Source: Camelus ferus (taxonomy: Eukaryota). From it: a stretch of 64,000 bases of DNA. The first letter of the stretch is position 1. Every line of letters starts with the position of its first letter. Positions 50,520 to 62,470 of the stretch are shown piece by piece. Under the pieces are notes generated by a model. The model made no database searches. It was not told the origin of the DNA and worked only from the letters and a program-made list of their open reading frames with translations. The stretch is from assembly GCF_009834535.1 (NCBI RefSeq), contig NC_045696.1:8372001-8436000 (forward strand), written 5' to 3'. The position numbers and the translations under genes were made by a program.

Positions 50520-52790
50520 GTCTACCCAAGTCTAGTCACTGCAGAAGAAGATAATGCTATCTGTAGGCTGGCAATTTCCAGTTTCCCTTTCACACGGAAT
50601 GTGTTCCAGCCAAAGCTCTGACCACTTGGGATGACTTCGTCTAACCACTATCTTTCAAGGCCACCCCTTGAATGAGGCTTTACCGTAGGCACTGGCCATG
50701 TTTGGATTGTGCCTTCATATTCAGCTGACTCATGGATAAATCAGGCTTGGGTTTATTCCCCTCCTCCATCAGATGGTCACATGGACCTTCCACACGACCA
50801 TGGGTGTGAGCTGAGGAGAGGCACTGATGCAACAGTGGTGAATAGCACGGGGGCCTGGGATGCCTGCTAGAACAGCTTGCTTACACCCTGCACCCAGAGG
50901 TACCACTTTTATCTTACAACGGATTGCCCCTGGATGCCTCGCCTTGCGGCTGTATGGGTGTGATGGAATCCATCTCGTGATGGATGATTGGTTACCTGGT
51001 GTTCCATGGTCAAGTACTCCATCTCTTCCAGAGCCCAGTGGCATGCTGGGAGCTGTTCATGTAGTCATTTGATGTAGCTGACATGGCTTTGCTCTTAAAC
51101 TCTAAGTGTCTGAGCTGAGATTTTCCCGGTGTGGATTGCCCAAGACTCCACAGTGTCTATTTCCATCACCAAAACTTCTCATGGCATGGGGTCTGCTGGG
51201 CCATAAGGCTCAAGCCGTAGGGCCACTTGCCCTGCAGCTGGAATCTTTTGCACACCTTTCCCTGTCTTGGCTGCCATTCTGTCCCTTGTTATATGGATGT
51301 GAGCCATCTTCCCAACTGTGGAACTGGTGTCGCCAGGACCTAGAGAAGCCCGCTGGGTATTACGCTGTGGTTTTTTTTTTTTTTAAAGGAAAGGTGAGAT
51401 ACAATAATTTGTTCTTTATTTTAGCTGAGATATCCTGACATGCCCCAGACCCCAGACCTTTAAAAAAATGTACTGATTCACCCCTGAATGTTATTTCTCA
51501 TTTTCTTTATGGCATGAGTCTGACTTATGAAGACCACGAACATACCTGCCACTTCTCTCTCACCAGATCTGATTTCTGTGATGTCAACACCAGAGTGATG
51601 TTCTGTGGATGCCCAGCGGGTCCAGGTCTCCTTGGATTATAATATGACAGAGAGGATAGGGTTAACAGAGCCCTGGGTCAACACGGTAAGTGAATCCGGT
51701 TGTCTGTTCTGAACAAATGCAAACTGTTTCTGATCCTCCTTTTTGATAGGGATGAAAAGGACAGAGTCTCCAGATCAAAGGCTGCAGGCCGGGTACCTGA
51801 GCCTGTGTTTAAGTAAAGACACACTATCTGGCAAGGAAGCTTCAGTGCCAGCTGTGGGCTGCGGCTTGTTTAAGTCTGCGGGAGTCTGCCATCCTCCGGG
51901 ACCCGATGGCTTCTGCAGGGACCAGACTGATAAATTATATGGTGACATGACAGGGCCACACTGCATCCTGCAGGTCTTTAGAGGGTAGTTCTAAAGCTTT
52001 TAAATCCAAGCCTCCTCCTCTTCGTGCCCCAGGACATGATGCTGTTTCTGATTTACTATCTTGGCTAGGGTAGGGAGCAGTTTGAGAAGCCTGTCCTTGA
52101 CTCTCTCCACTCTAATCGCTCTTGTCTGTGCAGACAGGTGCAACTAGCAAGTATGTCTGTTCCCTTTACATATTTGGGGACCAGAGTAATGACTGTGGGG
52201 TGGGTACGCTCACCCACCTTCCTGATCATCCAGAGTTGATTCCTCTGATGGGCGAGATTGAGCAGTATCCTGGGCAGTTGTTCTGCTTGGCCGCTAGGGG
52301 TGCTGTTCTCCAACAATCATCTCTTATTCATGCGGGATGCGCCCTGGAGGATGCCCTCCAGCCTGGCCACTCAGTAGGATAACTGTCCATCCTGCATCTG
52401 ATAGCTGAGCGTAGCTGCTTGATCCCTAATATTTTGGATCCTGTCATCCCCATGGTTGCCATTGGGCCCACTTCTGTAATGGTGTCTCCGTTAGCCACGC
52501 CCTACAGAGAGTGGTCCCCACTGAGACTTTCAGTGATGCTGATAGCAGCATCTGCAGCGGCACACTCCTGTTGCCTTAGTAACTGGAGTACCTGCTGGGC
52601 CATTCCATGGTACTGGGTGTTCTGGCCTCACTGTGGTGTTCACCCTAGCTGCTACCTTCCTTGCTTGAACCTTTTGATTTGTCCTTCATTTTTCATGGTG
52701 GCAAGTCTGGCATTTCTACCTCATTGAGTTTGACCATGACTTGCTCCAGGCTTCTAAGAGCCCCCCCAGCAGCACTCTAATATTGCCTCC
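50520..52790 (-). mobile_element. Degraded ERVL (class III ERV) internal region: gag-pro-pol remnants with deletions and frameshifts
   Basis: Minus-strand peptides occur in ERVL order. Gag: LNEVEMPDLP (~52700-52728) and RILLNL. Protease region: THPTVITLVPKYVKGTDILASC (cf. THPVVISPVPECIIGIDILSSW). RT: KDLQDA..SPYNLSVWSLQK..PDSVSLL and IPIKKEDQKQFAF..LTVLTQG (LPQG motif). Connection: AAGQVALRLEPYGPADPM. RNase H: QLPACHWALEEMEYLTMEHQVT and LKDSG..KSSQ. Confidence 0.88.
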
Positions 52791-52811
52791 TGAGATTCTT
52801 GTCCAGGTGTT

Positions 52812-53165
52812 GTTATGAGCCGAACTGTGTTCCCCACTAAATGCACGTGTTGATTGTCCTAACCCTCAGTACCTCTGAATGTGACTGTGTTGGCAGAGAG
52901 AGTTTTTAAAGAGCCAATTAAGTTTAAATGAAGTCATTATGGTGGCCCGAATCCAACATGGTTGGTGTCTTAATAAAAAGAGGAGGTGAGGACACCGACA
53001 CACACAGAGGGAAGGCACGTGAGGACACGGGGAAGACGGCCGTCTACACACCAGAGAGAGAGCTCTGCTGACCCCTTGCTGTCAGTCTTCTGGCCTCTAG
53101 GGCTGTGAAAATAGACACTTCTGCTTGAGCCACTGCATCATGGCACTTTGTTATGGGAACAGAAG
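52812..53165. mobile_element. MLT1 (A/B-like) LTR
   Basis: CCTAACCCTCAGTACCTCTGAATGTGACTG..GTGAGGACACGGGGAAGACGGCCGTCTACA..TGGCACTTTGTTATGG. Confidence 0.82.
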
Positions 53166-53442
53166 CAGAAGATACTGGTGTTGCACCTCGTATCACAGGG
53201 GAATGGTCCTGTGTGGATCAGTTCTGCCTTCTCCGAGTGCATCCTGCCCCTGATCTGGAGACCTGAGGGTCTGGCAGCTTCATCCTCTCCCAGCTGCTGC
53301 CCATACATGTTGTTCAGGGCATGTGGCTCCTTCAGAGTCTATCTTTTTTCTCCCTTGAAAAGCCCAACAGTTCTCTGTCTCGTTATGTTGTGACTTAACG
53401 CTAGTTATTGGCATAGTGGCCAGAGGGAAGGCAGGGACAGGT

Positions 53443-53444
<2 letters not shown>

Positions 53445-53490
<46 letters not shown>
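53445..53490. repeat. (TG)n microsatellite
   Basis: About 23 uninterrupted TG units. Confidence 0.98.
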
Positions 53491-53493
<3 letters not shown>

Positions 53494-54199
53494 TCTCACT
53501 GGTACAGCTCTCTGCACGGTGTCTTCAAGCAAAGGGGAGGCATGAGCCCTCCTCACGGAGGAGTCACATCTTCCAGAGGCTCAGAAGTTTCAGGGAGGTT
53601 CCAGGGATTCAAGATCTGAGTGCATCCCGGGATAGCCCCACCCTGACTCTCGCGGTATCATTCTTTCCTGCCAGAAGCTCTGAGTTTTGTCCTAGCAGAG
53701 CTGCCTGGCTGGGGTTAAAACTCTGTGCAGCTCTGCTGTTTTTATGACTAAATTCTGGACCCGATCTGTAGCTTTCTCAACAATTTGTATACACGTGGCA
53801 GAGTCCCTTCAAGAGTGGGCAAGGCCTTCTGGCTTTCCTGCTTAGCATTTCACTAATGGTTAATGTCCTCAGGCTCTCCTTGTCCCCTCCCAAACATCAA
53901 GAACCCTCAGCAACAGCCATCCAGTCTCACTGTGTTACAACGACTCTTTCCCCCTTTTCTCAAACGGCTGATGCCTAGCACTGGCCGTGCATTTCCCTCC
54001 CAGGTCACTGCAGTGCAAGTGTTAGCACTTTCCCTGCTACTCTGAACCCAGGGCTGTGTGATGGGGTCTTCATGGCTGGCTGGGCAGTTGGTGATCTGGC
54101 TCTGAAGTCCTATGAATGAGCCTCTGCTTTCTTGAACCACTCTTGGCATCGGGGTGGGTTCAGGGAAGCAGACTCTCTCAGGGCACATCAGCCTGCTGG

Positions 54200-54520
54200 A
54201 TGTTTGTTAGGGGCAGGCCTGCAATCCAGAGAGGGGGGAGCAGGGAAGTTGGACAGTGCTGCCACTACCCCGTGGAAGCTGGCGTGGCCTTCGGAGTAGT
54301 GCTGAGTTGTAGCCGGAGGTCAGGCTGTCGTGCTTCTGGCCTGTCAGCCGGTCATTGGATTCCGGCTTTCGTGGGAAAAGGATGTGATCTTGGGCGAGGT
54401 GGCCCTCTTCAGCCAAGGGCAGCATCTGCAGAGGACAAAGAGTCCTTTGGACCCTGCAGAAACGCACCCTTCAGTCCTGAAAGGGGATCTGAAAAACGCA
54501 GAGTGCAACCCGTGACAATC
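54200..54520. mobile_element. Probable ERVL-type LTR fragment (LTR40/41-like)
   Basis: GTCATTGGATTCCGGC..GTGATCTTGGGCGAGGTGGCCCTCTTCAGCCAAGGGCA resembles that family; it lies near the ERVL internal remnant. Confidence 0.45.
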
Positions 54521-56339
54521 ACCCCTAAATATTCGCTTATTGGGCTCACTTTGAACTTGACATGGGACGAGGCTCAGGGCTGATGCCTCTTTTTGGTGGA
54601 TGGAGCAGAATCCTGAAGTGGTGCCACCAACTGGAAGCAGCCCTTGGACCAGGTGCTCATTATCTCCCGAAAGCAAGTCTTTTCCATGAAGGAATGTTAT
54701 CCTAGAAGGCTCAGGCCATGCTCAGCCCCCACCCCACCTCAGACACCAATTGCCAGTGTGAATCGGAGCCTCCACCTGCTGCTGCTGGGCTGTCATTGAG
54801 CCAGAAGCGACACTGAGACAATGTAGCTGTCATCGGCACATTGGGAGCTGCTGAAGGTGAATCGGGGAAGCTGCAAGCGCAGACGTGTGGGGCTCTCGCA
54901 GGGTTTCACGCCGCACATCCCAGAGCAGACCACAACAAAAGCTCCAAAGAGGAAAGGTCAGACCCATGAAGTGCTATTTGTTTTCACTGAAACTTCATCC
55001 CTCCCACTTAACACCCGTCTAACCAGCAACGGAATCAATTACCACGTGTCAGGCTGAAATCTGACACAAGAAAGAAAAGAAGGACACAATCTCCCTGGAG
55101 AGGGGTGGCAGGCAGGCAGGCAGAGGGGGCCGGGGAGATGGAAACTTCGGGGAGGAAGCCATGAATGAGCCATTCTCTCCCTGTAGTTAAGGGTTGAAGG
55201 CGGACCGAGACCCTGCCCCTCTCCCCTCTCCCTCTGCTGCCTTCCAGCCCGGATGGGTTTTACCCGTTGTTCTGTGGTGGGGGTTCTACCTCCAGACGTG
55301 GTCAACAGGCCTGCGAGGTTATTCAACTTTGTTTACATATGTTGCTCCATTTAGTAACTGAAGAGCCAGAGGTTCTAGATGCTTCTTCTCTTACGGGGCT
55401 CCAGGAGGGAGAGTTCTGGCAGATCGGGTTGGGCAGCCTGGTCTCTTCCAGCTGACTGAGTTGCTGCCTTTCTCAGGCTTCTGTTAAACGTGGTACCAGC
55501 TTGTTTGATGGTGTCCATTCAAGGTGATGTCACTCACTTGCTATTTTTTGAAGAACAGAGCCCTGTGGGCTGCCCTGGCAGAACCCACAGATGTTCGGTG
55601 GGTGGATCCCAGCCGCTGTGGGTGTCAGTGGGAGTCAGCCTGCTGCTGTTTCGCCAGCTCTATTAAGTGAGATGCTCTTAGTTTCCCAAAGGTAAGGTTT
55701 TTGTTAATCAAGAACAGCTAAACTCTTACATTTTTAGTTCCAGGGCCCCAGGGTGAAGAACTCTCTCGCCTTCTGGTAGCACATCAAATGGACATTTTCT
55801 CATCTGCTCTGTAAGTGGCATTGCCTCTCAGATTGCTGTACCATATTGGAATGTTCGAAGTGTGAAGCATTGGTTACAAACATTGGGTACAAAAAGCAGG
55901 AAGCATGGCTCCAGATATCCTGGTGCTAATTAAAAGATAGTTCCGTGTATCAGCAGGGATTAATGAAAAGGCACAATTCTTTCTCATCCAGAGGATTTAA
56001 AGTGTCGGTAGGCAGCGTGCTGGTGGATGAACTGTGCATCGTCCTTTGCCGCGGTTGTTACTTTTGGGTGCTGTTTATAATATTGGTACCTCTTTATGAC
56101 TAGACACTACTTGAAGATGACTTCTGCTAATCTAAATAGGTTTGGGGGTCTTCCGTATGCAGAGAGAGAGAGAGACAGAGAGAGACAGAGAGAGATGTGT
56201 GCTGTCCTCTTGGCTCTCTCAAAGTGCTGCCACCTACCTGCCTGGTTTTATTTACCGCCTACATCCTAATGTCCCTTACGACTTTTTCATTATACCTGCT
56301 CTTGACTTCCCTGGGCTTTGCACCTCCATCTCCAGGTGG

Positions 56340-57560
56340 AGATTGTCCCCTGTCTCCCAGACACCTTCAACGCGGCACCAGCCAAGTGGCATCCATCATC
56401 TCTCCCTAGTCAGTTTCTTCCTCCGCATCTCTACTCCATTTCAAATGTGGGAGCAAAATCCCAGGAGTCACTGAAGCTTGACACTTGAGATGCTTTTTCG
56501 ACCCCCTTGTCTCCTGTATCCCCCACATCATCAGACGTTATTGATTTGACCTAAATAGTTCTCATGTTCGCCTCTCTTGGCCATTCTGGCTACTTGGCTC
56601 TATTTTGCGCCTCCACCCTCTCTTCCTCCCTGTTGTGACAGCCTCAGAGTTCTCACCTCTAGGGCTTTGCTCATGTTTGCCCCTCCAGCTAGAGTGCATC
56701 TCTTTTTTCTTTTTCTTTTTAACCAATAAACCTTAAGACTCAAACAGGTTATCACTTTTTAAAAAAAGGGACATCAGTTACTTAATTGTTCTCAAAATCT
56801 GCGTGTTCTCCTGTGCTCTTTCTCCTCCTCGGTTCCATCCCTGTCTCTCCCAGTCTCCCAGGGAGGGAGTTTGGAATCATCGTTTGCTCCCCCCTCCAAT
56901 GATATCAGTTCCCAAATGCTGACTTACTCCTGAATTTCCCCCCTTCTCCTTCCTGGCTCCCCAGTTGCTCTGATTTTCGTGTCAGCCTGTACCCCCGTCT
57001 CTAGCACATCTTTCTACCTCATTCTCTCCAACTTTTTTCCTTCAGCTCACCATCGGAGTCATCTTTCTAACATACTCCTTTGGTCAAAACCTTCTCTGGA
57101 GCCATTTTCTGCAGAGAAATGTCCTAACTCCCCAGCATGGCATTTGGAGCCCTTTACGACCTGAGTCTAACTTTCCCTTTTAGTGGCAGGTGCTGTCACA
57201 GCCCCCAACTTCCGGTGTCCACCCTCCTCACCCCCCACCTTCCCACCTACCAGCGGCCTTAGAGGTGTGCCATCCTTCTCAGGCTTTGGGCCCATGGCCG
57301 TGCTGTTCTTGGCCGGGGACTTCTTCTCTGGGTACTGAAATCCTATTTATCTCTTAAAGCCTCACTTAATGGAAATACCATTTGAAGGCTCCCTGATTAC
57401 CTTCTCTTTGCAGACTCTCTGCGTGTGTAGTTGGCATCACAGTCTGCCCAGCGTTACGGGCACTTGGGTATCTATTTTCTTTTGACCCCAGTGATGCGTT
57501 TCCTAGTCTGTTTGTACTTCCTAGTCCTTCCACTTAGCAGCCCCTCATTAAATCCATTGC
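56340..57560 (+). mobile_element. Degenerate L2 fragments
   Basis: Pyrimidine-rich, with AGGGCTTTGCTCATG.., GTCCTAACTCCCCAGCATGGCATT and AAATCCTATTTATCTCTTAAAG motifs. Confidence 0.55.
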
Positions 57561-57619
57561 AAGAACTGGAAAGCTGTGTAGTTTAAATGTATATTTTAAA
57601 AAGAGAGGTCCTTATTTTC

Positions 57620-57800
57620 ATTTTTAAAAAAACTGAGGTGTAATTATCGTACATTCTATCAGTTTCAGGTGTGTCACACAATGATTTGATACTTGCATAT
57701 ACTCTGAGATGATCGTCCTAGTAAGACTAGCCAATGTCCATCACTGTACATTGTTACAGAACTTCTTTTTTCCTGTGATGAGAACTTTTAAGACCTACTA
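57620..57800 (-). mobile_element. Short L1 3' end (a similar piece lies at ~50130-50240)
   Basis: TTTCAGGTGTGTCACACAATGATTTGATACTTGCATATA..TTTCCTGTGATGAGAACTTTTAAGACCTACT. Confidence 0.7.
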
Positions 57801-59559
57801 AAAAGAGAGCGCTTCATTTTTGATTGTGTGTTTGTTTTTCAGTCTTCATTATCAATTCTAAAATCTTTTGGAACTCTAAACCCACACTGAGTACCTTTTG
57901 TATTTTTAAAAACTTAGTCCAAATGCTTACTTTGAAAACACAAGGTAGAATTCAGATAAGTACAACACAAAAGTGTTTCTGAATTGTTGATTTAAAAACA
58001 GTCATTTGATGGGTTTCAACTTTAAATATTTCAGGCTGGAGCCCGCACAGACAAAGCCTGAGTCAGGTGCCAGGCAGTTTCTCTGGTTTTGGTCAGGCAT
58101 GGCTCCCACCCTAAGGAATTCACTTTGTTTTTCTTTTACAGTGGCCTCTGATGTTCAGGGAATGGATCAATGGAAATGAATAGCCTAAACTATATCTTGG
58201 TACATAATAAATGGATGTCAGATGAAATGCACACACCATATAAATATATCTATCTGAATGTGAACATGTGGACAACAGATGAGTTTGATATGTGACTAAC
58301 ATGCTCATTAGGCATTTTTAGCGAAGTTCTCCACTAGGCTCATCGCCCTGAAGTTGAAATACAAGAAGTTGACTGTCTAGTATGCTCTTCAGAGTCCTGA
58401 CGTTTAACTTGGATCCCTTTGAAGTCTTTTATTATGATTGATGAATCATTTCAACATTTTGCTACATTCAAAGGGCTCCCAGTCAAAGATAAAATCAAGT
58501 GCCGTGCTAATCAAGGATACCACAAAAGATAGGAAATCAGGCGAAAATGTGCCATGAGTAGTAATACTAAACGCAAAACCCTGTATCAATCACTACAGAT
58601 TTCACAAGAGTTTGGAAACATTTAAACATTTAAAAAAGTACACATGACTGATTTCAGAAGCCATTTGGGAAATGTTTGGGTGCTATTTGTAATAGAGATT
58701 TAAGTTTGATGCTTTTCTCAAGTAAATGTTTTGTAATAGAGTTTGGCATCACAAAGCAAGGATGGAGGATGGTCTTTTGTCCCTGCCTCTTTGCAAGCAG
58801 AGATTCCTAGGACAGGGTCGGGTTTGGTCCCCATGTCTGTGTCAGCCACCAGTGGGACAAAACTTGCTTTTTTAGGGAGGCTGGTCTTAAGCCCGGGTGT
58901 GGAGGGTTATCACCCAAGGACTAAGATTTAGGGTTCTTGGCAAGGACTGCTGGGACCTCAACTTACAACATCCACGAGATGACGAGGGCCACAGACTGCC
59001 CTGCAGAGGGCTCAAGGCACCAGGATAACTGCACTGTGGGGACCTACAAAGAAGGGCTGGCCAGCCGAGGGGCCAGTGAGAGTGCCAGAGGACAAAGCAG
59101 ACGAGGCATCCAGACGGTCCAGGGCAAGGATCCAAATGGTGCCCTGGAAACATCAAATTCCAAAGAGGTTTTGTAAGTGAAGAACAGCAACTTCCCAATG
59201 TCTTATCATCTAGCTTCCCATCCCCCATCCCACTTTTTCAAACCCAGAATTGATTCACCACTGGGTATATCAGGCAGGCCAGCTGTTTGTGCAGCCCCAT
59301 CCTGCCATAGTCTCAGAGACTTGTGTCATTATGTTAGTCCTGGGTTGGAAATCTTAAATGATCCTCTCTTCTCTTTAAGGGGAAGCTGGTGCTCAAAGCC
59401 ATCTGACAACTGGCCCAAACGAACTCCTGTGGGCTTCCGTCTTCTCCCCAATATTAACTCTTTACCAGAGTCTCTAAAGGCATCTTCAATCTGCCTGTCT
59501 CAGGACATTTGCTGGCACCATTTACAGACCCCTGGGATAATAGTCCTTCTTGGCTCTTG

Positions 59560-60070
59560 TCCAATGGAAACTTTGCCTAGACTCAAAGACCCTCTCCCAT
59601 CTCACCACCTCCAGGAAAGCTTCCCAGATCACCTAAGATAGGTGAGATCGCTTGCTCTTTTCTATCTCTGTGGTGTCCCCTGGCTTTGTCACCTTCATGA
59701 CACACAGGCCATGCTGCCTACTGCTGTCACCCTGTGTGTACCTACTGAGAACCTGGGCTCATAGACAATGAGGGACACTTTTCGTTTTTCTGTCCATGGG
59801 CACCAGGCATAATGAGTGTACAGCAATGCTCAGTACGTGTCGTTGCGCTGTGTGAATTAGTGCCTTGATGAAATGTTTGGTACCCAAGGTGTTTACATAT
59901 AAACCCATTCATTCATTCATTCATTCATCCTTTCGTTTCTACGTTGATTACTTACTCCATCCAGCTCTGTGCTTGTCCCTGGAAACATAGCGATGAACAA
60001 TCGTCATAGTGCCTGTCTTCACGGAGTTTACAGCGTCGTGGGGAAAATACAGCCCCACAACTAACAGTCA
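59560..60070. mobile_element. Tail-to-tail L2 3' ends (plus ~59560-59860, minus ~59905-60070) with (ATTC)n
   Basis: TCACCACCTCCAGGAAAGCTTCCC..CAATGCTCAGTACGTGT; CATTCATTCATTCATTCATTC..CACGGAGTTTACAG. Confidence 0.7.
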
Positions 60071-60084
60071 TACTGCTGTGGCTT

Positions 60085-60330
60085 AACACTTGCTGAAGGC
60101 CTGCTCTGTGCTCGTCACTGTGCTGAGAACATCTTCGTATTTTCTTACCGAGTTCTCACGGCCGCCCTTGCAGATAGACATTGTTATCCTCCTCTTCCTG
60201 ATCCGGGAATTGAAACGTAGCACGTTTTTTAGGTCACCTGCCCGAAGCGCCTGGCAGATGAGTGGAAGAGCAGGAACCTGGCCCAGCCCGCCTGACTCCG
60301 GAGCCTGCGTTTTAACCGCCACACAGTATA
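60085..60330 (-). mobile_element. MIR SINE
   Basis: AACACTTGCTGAAGGCCTGCTCTGTGC..GAGTGGAAGAGCAGGAACCTGG..CTGACTCCGGAGCCTGCGTTTTAACC. Confidence 0.75.
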
Positions 60331-60371
60331 ATTACTAATATCACAGGGGTGACAGACACCACCAGTACCGT

Positions 60372-60856
60372 GTGTGTGAGCTTCCTATGACTGCTACGAG
60401 AAATGACCACTAACTCAGTGCCTTAAAACAACGCAGATTTGTGATCTCAAAGTTCTGGGGGTCAGAAATCCCATAGCACGGGTCTCACCAGCTTAAAACC
60501 AAGTTGTGAGCACGGCCACCTTCCTCCTGGAATCTCCAGGGGCCTCCAGGGGGAGTTCCATTTCCTGGCCTGTTCCAGCTTCTAGACGCGGCCTTCACTC
60601 CTTGACTCAGGGCCCCATCCTCCATATTCAGAGCCAGCAGCATCGCTTCAGTCTGACCAGTATTCTGTCTTTACATCTCTGTCTGACTACAGATGATAAG
60701 AGTCTTCTGCTTTTAAGGACCCCTGTGATCACGTCTGGCTGCCTGGATAACCCAGGGCAATCTCCCACCTCAAGATTCCTAATTACATCTACATGGTCCT
60801 TTTTTGCAGACATTAGGGTTGCAGACATTAGGGTTCAGACATCTTTGGGGTGCGGG
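60372..60856. mobile_element. MLT1 (C/D-like) LTR containing an internal 15-bp tandem duplication
   Basis: GACCACTAACTCAGTGCCTTAAAACAAC..GGATAACCCAGGGCAATCTCCC. GCAGACATTAGGGTT x2 at 60806-60835. Confidence 0.8.
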
Positions 60857-60899
60857 TAACAAGGGGGGGCGGTCTGGAGGTGTAGGGAGGGCTCAGGCC

Positions 60900-61460
60900 C
60901 CCTTGGAGGGACGGGCACCCCAGGCCAAGGGCCGGGGAGGTGTGCAGCCCCTGGCAGGTCACAGAGCTGCGGCCTGAGAAAGTCTGAGAGTGGCCTGATG
61001 TGGTGAAAAGGGGAAAGTGGCCCCTGCTGAGGCTGGAGAGGGTGACAGGGACTAACTTATGAGGAACATGGCTGGCAGGTTGGGGAGAGATTCTGTCAGG
61101 AGTTTGGGAGAAAGGCGCAGTAAATGAAAGGGTCAAGTAGGAAATACTCTTGATTTCATTTTCAGCTCATTCTGCTGCTGTGTGGAGAGCAGGCTGTTGG
61201 GAGCACGAGTGGATGCCATTAGGAGAGGACTTCCATAGCTTGGGTGGGAGATGACGGTGGCCTGGACCAGGTGGCATCGCAGGTGAGGGGAGACCTGCCT
61301 GGGCTCTTCCCCAGAGTGAGTAGCAGGGCCTGGTGAGTCCTTAGATGTGCAGTTAATGGAGAGACTTCTGGGTTTCTTAGTGGGGTAACTGGAGTGGGTG
61401 AAATGGCGGCTGGATGGGAGGGGGACGATCAGAGCCAGGTGGCCCAAGGAGGAGCAAAGG
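60900..61460 (-). mobile_element. L2 fragment
   Basis: TCTGCTGCTGTGTGGAGAG..TTAGGAGAGGAC..GGGAGATGACGGTGGCCTGGACCAGG. Confidence 0.65.
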
Positions 61461-62451
61461 CAATTACTATAAGAAAAAAAAAATCCTCTTGAGGACAGGA
61501 GGCCAGAACTGCATAGGTTTAAACAGGGCAAAATTTGATAGAATCGCTCATTTTGGTTCTTAGAGCTGAGTATTTACAGAGGCCATATTTCTTTAAGAGG
61601 ACCCAAATGCATGATGTTAAATGTTTCCTGGAAAATGATGCAGACCAAATATTCTGATTGTCGGTTTGGTTTGATTAAGGGCAACAGATCTGTTACCATA
61701 TTTCAGCCTTTCCATCTTAATAACCTCGCTCTTGCACAGGGTACTTTTATGTGTACTATATATTTTTTTTCTGATTGATGGCAGTCTGATTCTTTGGGCA
61801 CAGTCTAAAATCCTTGATTTCTGAAATTCATTTGGTTTTTCAGTAAATACATTTAGAATCGTACATTTCAAAAATAGAAATATTTTACAACAAGAAGATT
61901 TCGGGGAAATATGTTTTGTCATGAGTCAATTATAGGAATAAACAAGAAAAGGCAAATCAACTCTCCACACAAGGTTGAATTAACAGAATTGCATGCGTGC
62001 ACTTGTGACTTAGCAACTTACTATACACACCTGTCCTGGGATAAGACTCCAGAATCATCATGTTCAGACCTTACAACCTGACCGCATCGACTGACACATT
62101 TAAGTTTCAAGCTCAAGACTAGAAAACAATAAATCTCCCAGCAAACCAGAACGCTTCAGAATTCCCTACCGGTCTTCCATGCGTCCCGGGGACTGCGGTT
62201 GTCTGACACGTGGGGTGGTTTGGATGCCCAGACATCCATGGAGAGACTTCTCTTTTGTTCTTCCCTTTAGTCTGTCTCAGTGGTTCTCAAACTTCAGTGA
62301 GCCTCAGAATGGTTACACAGGACTCTGTAGATACAGCCTTGGATCTCATGCTTGGGTTGCAGTTTAAGACCATTCCAAGGGTGCTTTAGACTTTAACTTT
62401 TGCCTTCAGTGCTGATTTTAGAACTTAAACTCCATGTGGATTCTTGGAGCC

Positions 62452-62470
62452 TAGCGCCATCTGGGCGATA
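62452..62470 (-). promoter_or_regulatory. CTCF motif, reverse
   Basis: Reverse complement reads TATCGCCCAGATGGCGCTA. Confidence 0.6.

Noticed and set aside
9660..55700. Other isolated donor-like sites (AAG|GTAAGC ~9668, CAG|GTAAGA ~25273, GAG|GTAAGT ~44356, AAG|GTAAGG ~55692)
   Set aside because: I found no convincing paired acceptor or coding frame, and this many is expected by chance.
59560..60070. Opposed L2 ends as a possible miR-28/miR-151-type hairpin
   Set aside because: The arms are diverged and separated; I see no compact ~60-80 nt stem or known mature miRNA sequence.
60811..60835. TTAGGG hexamers suggesting an interstitial telomere repeat
   Set aside because: Only two, non-adjacent, and produced by a 15-bp duplication inside an MLT1 LTR.
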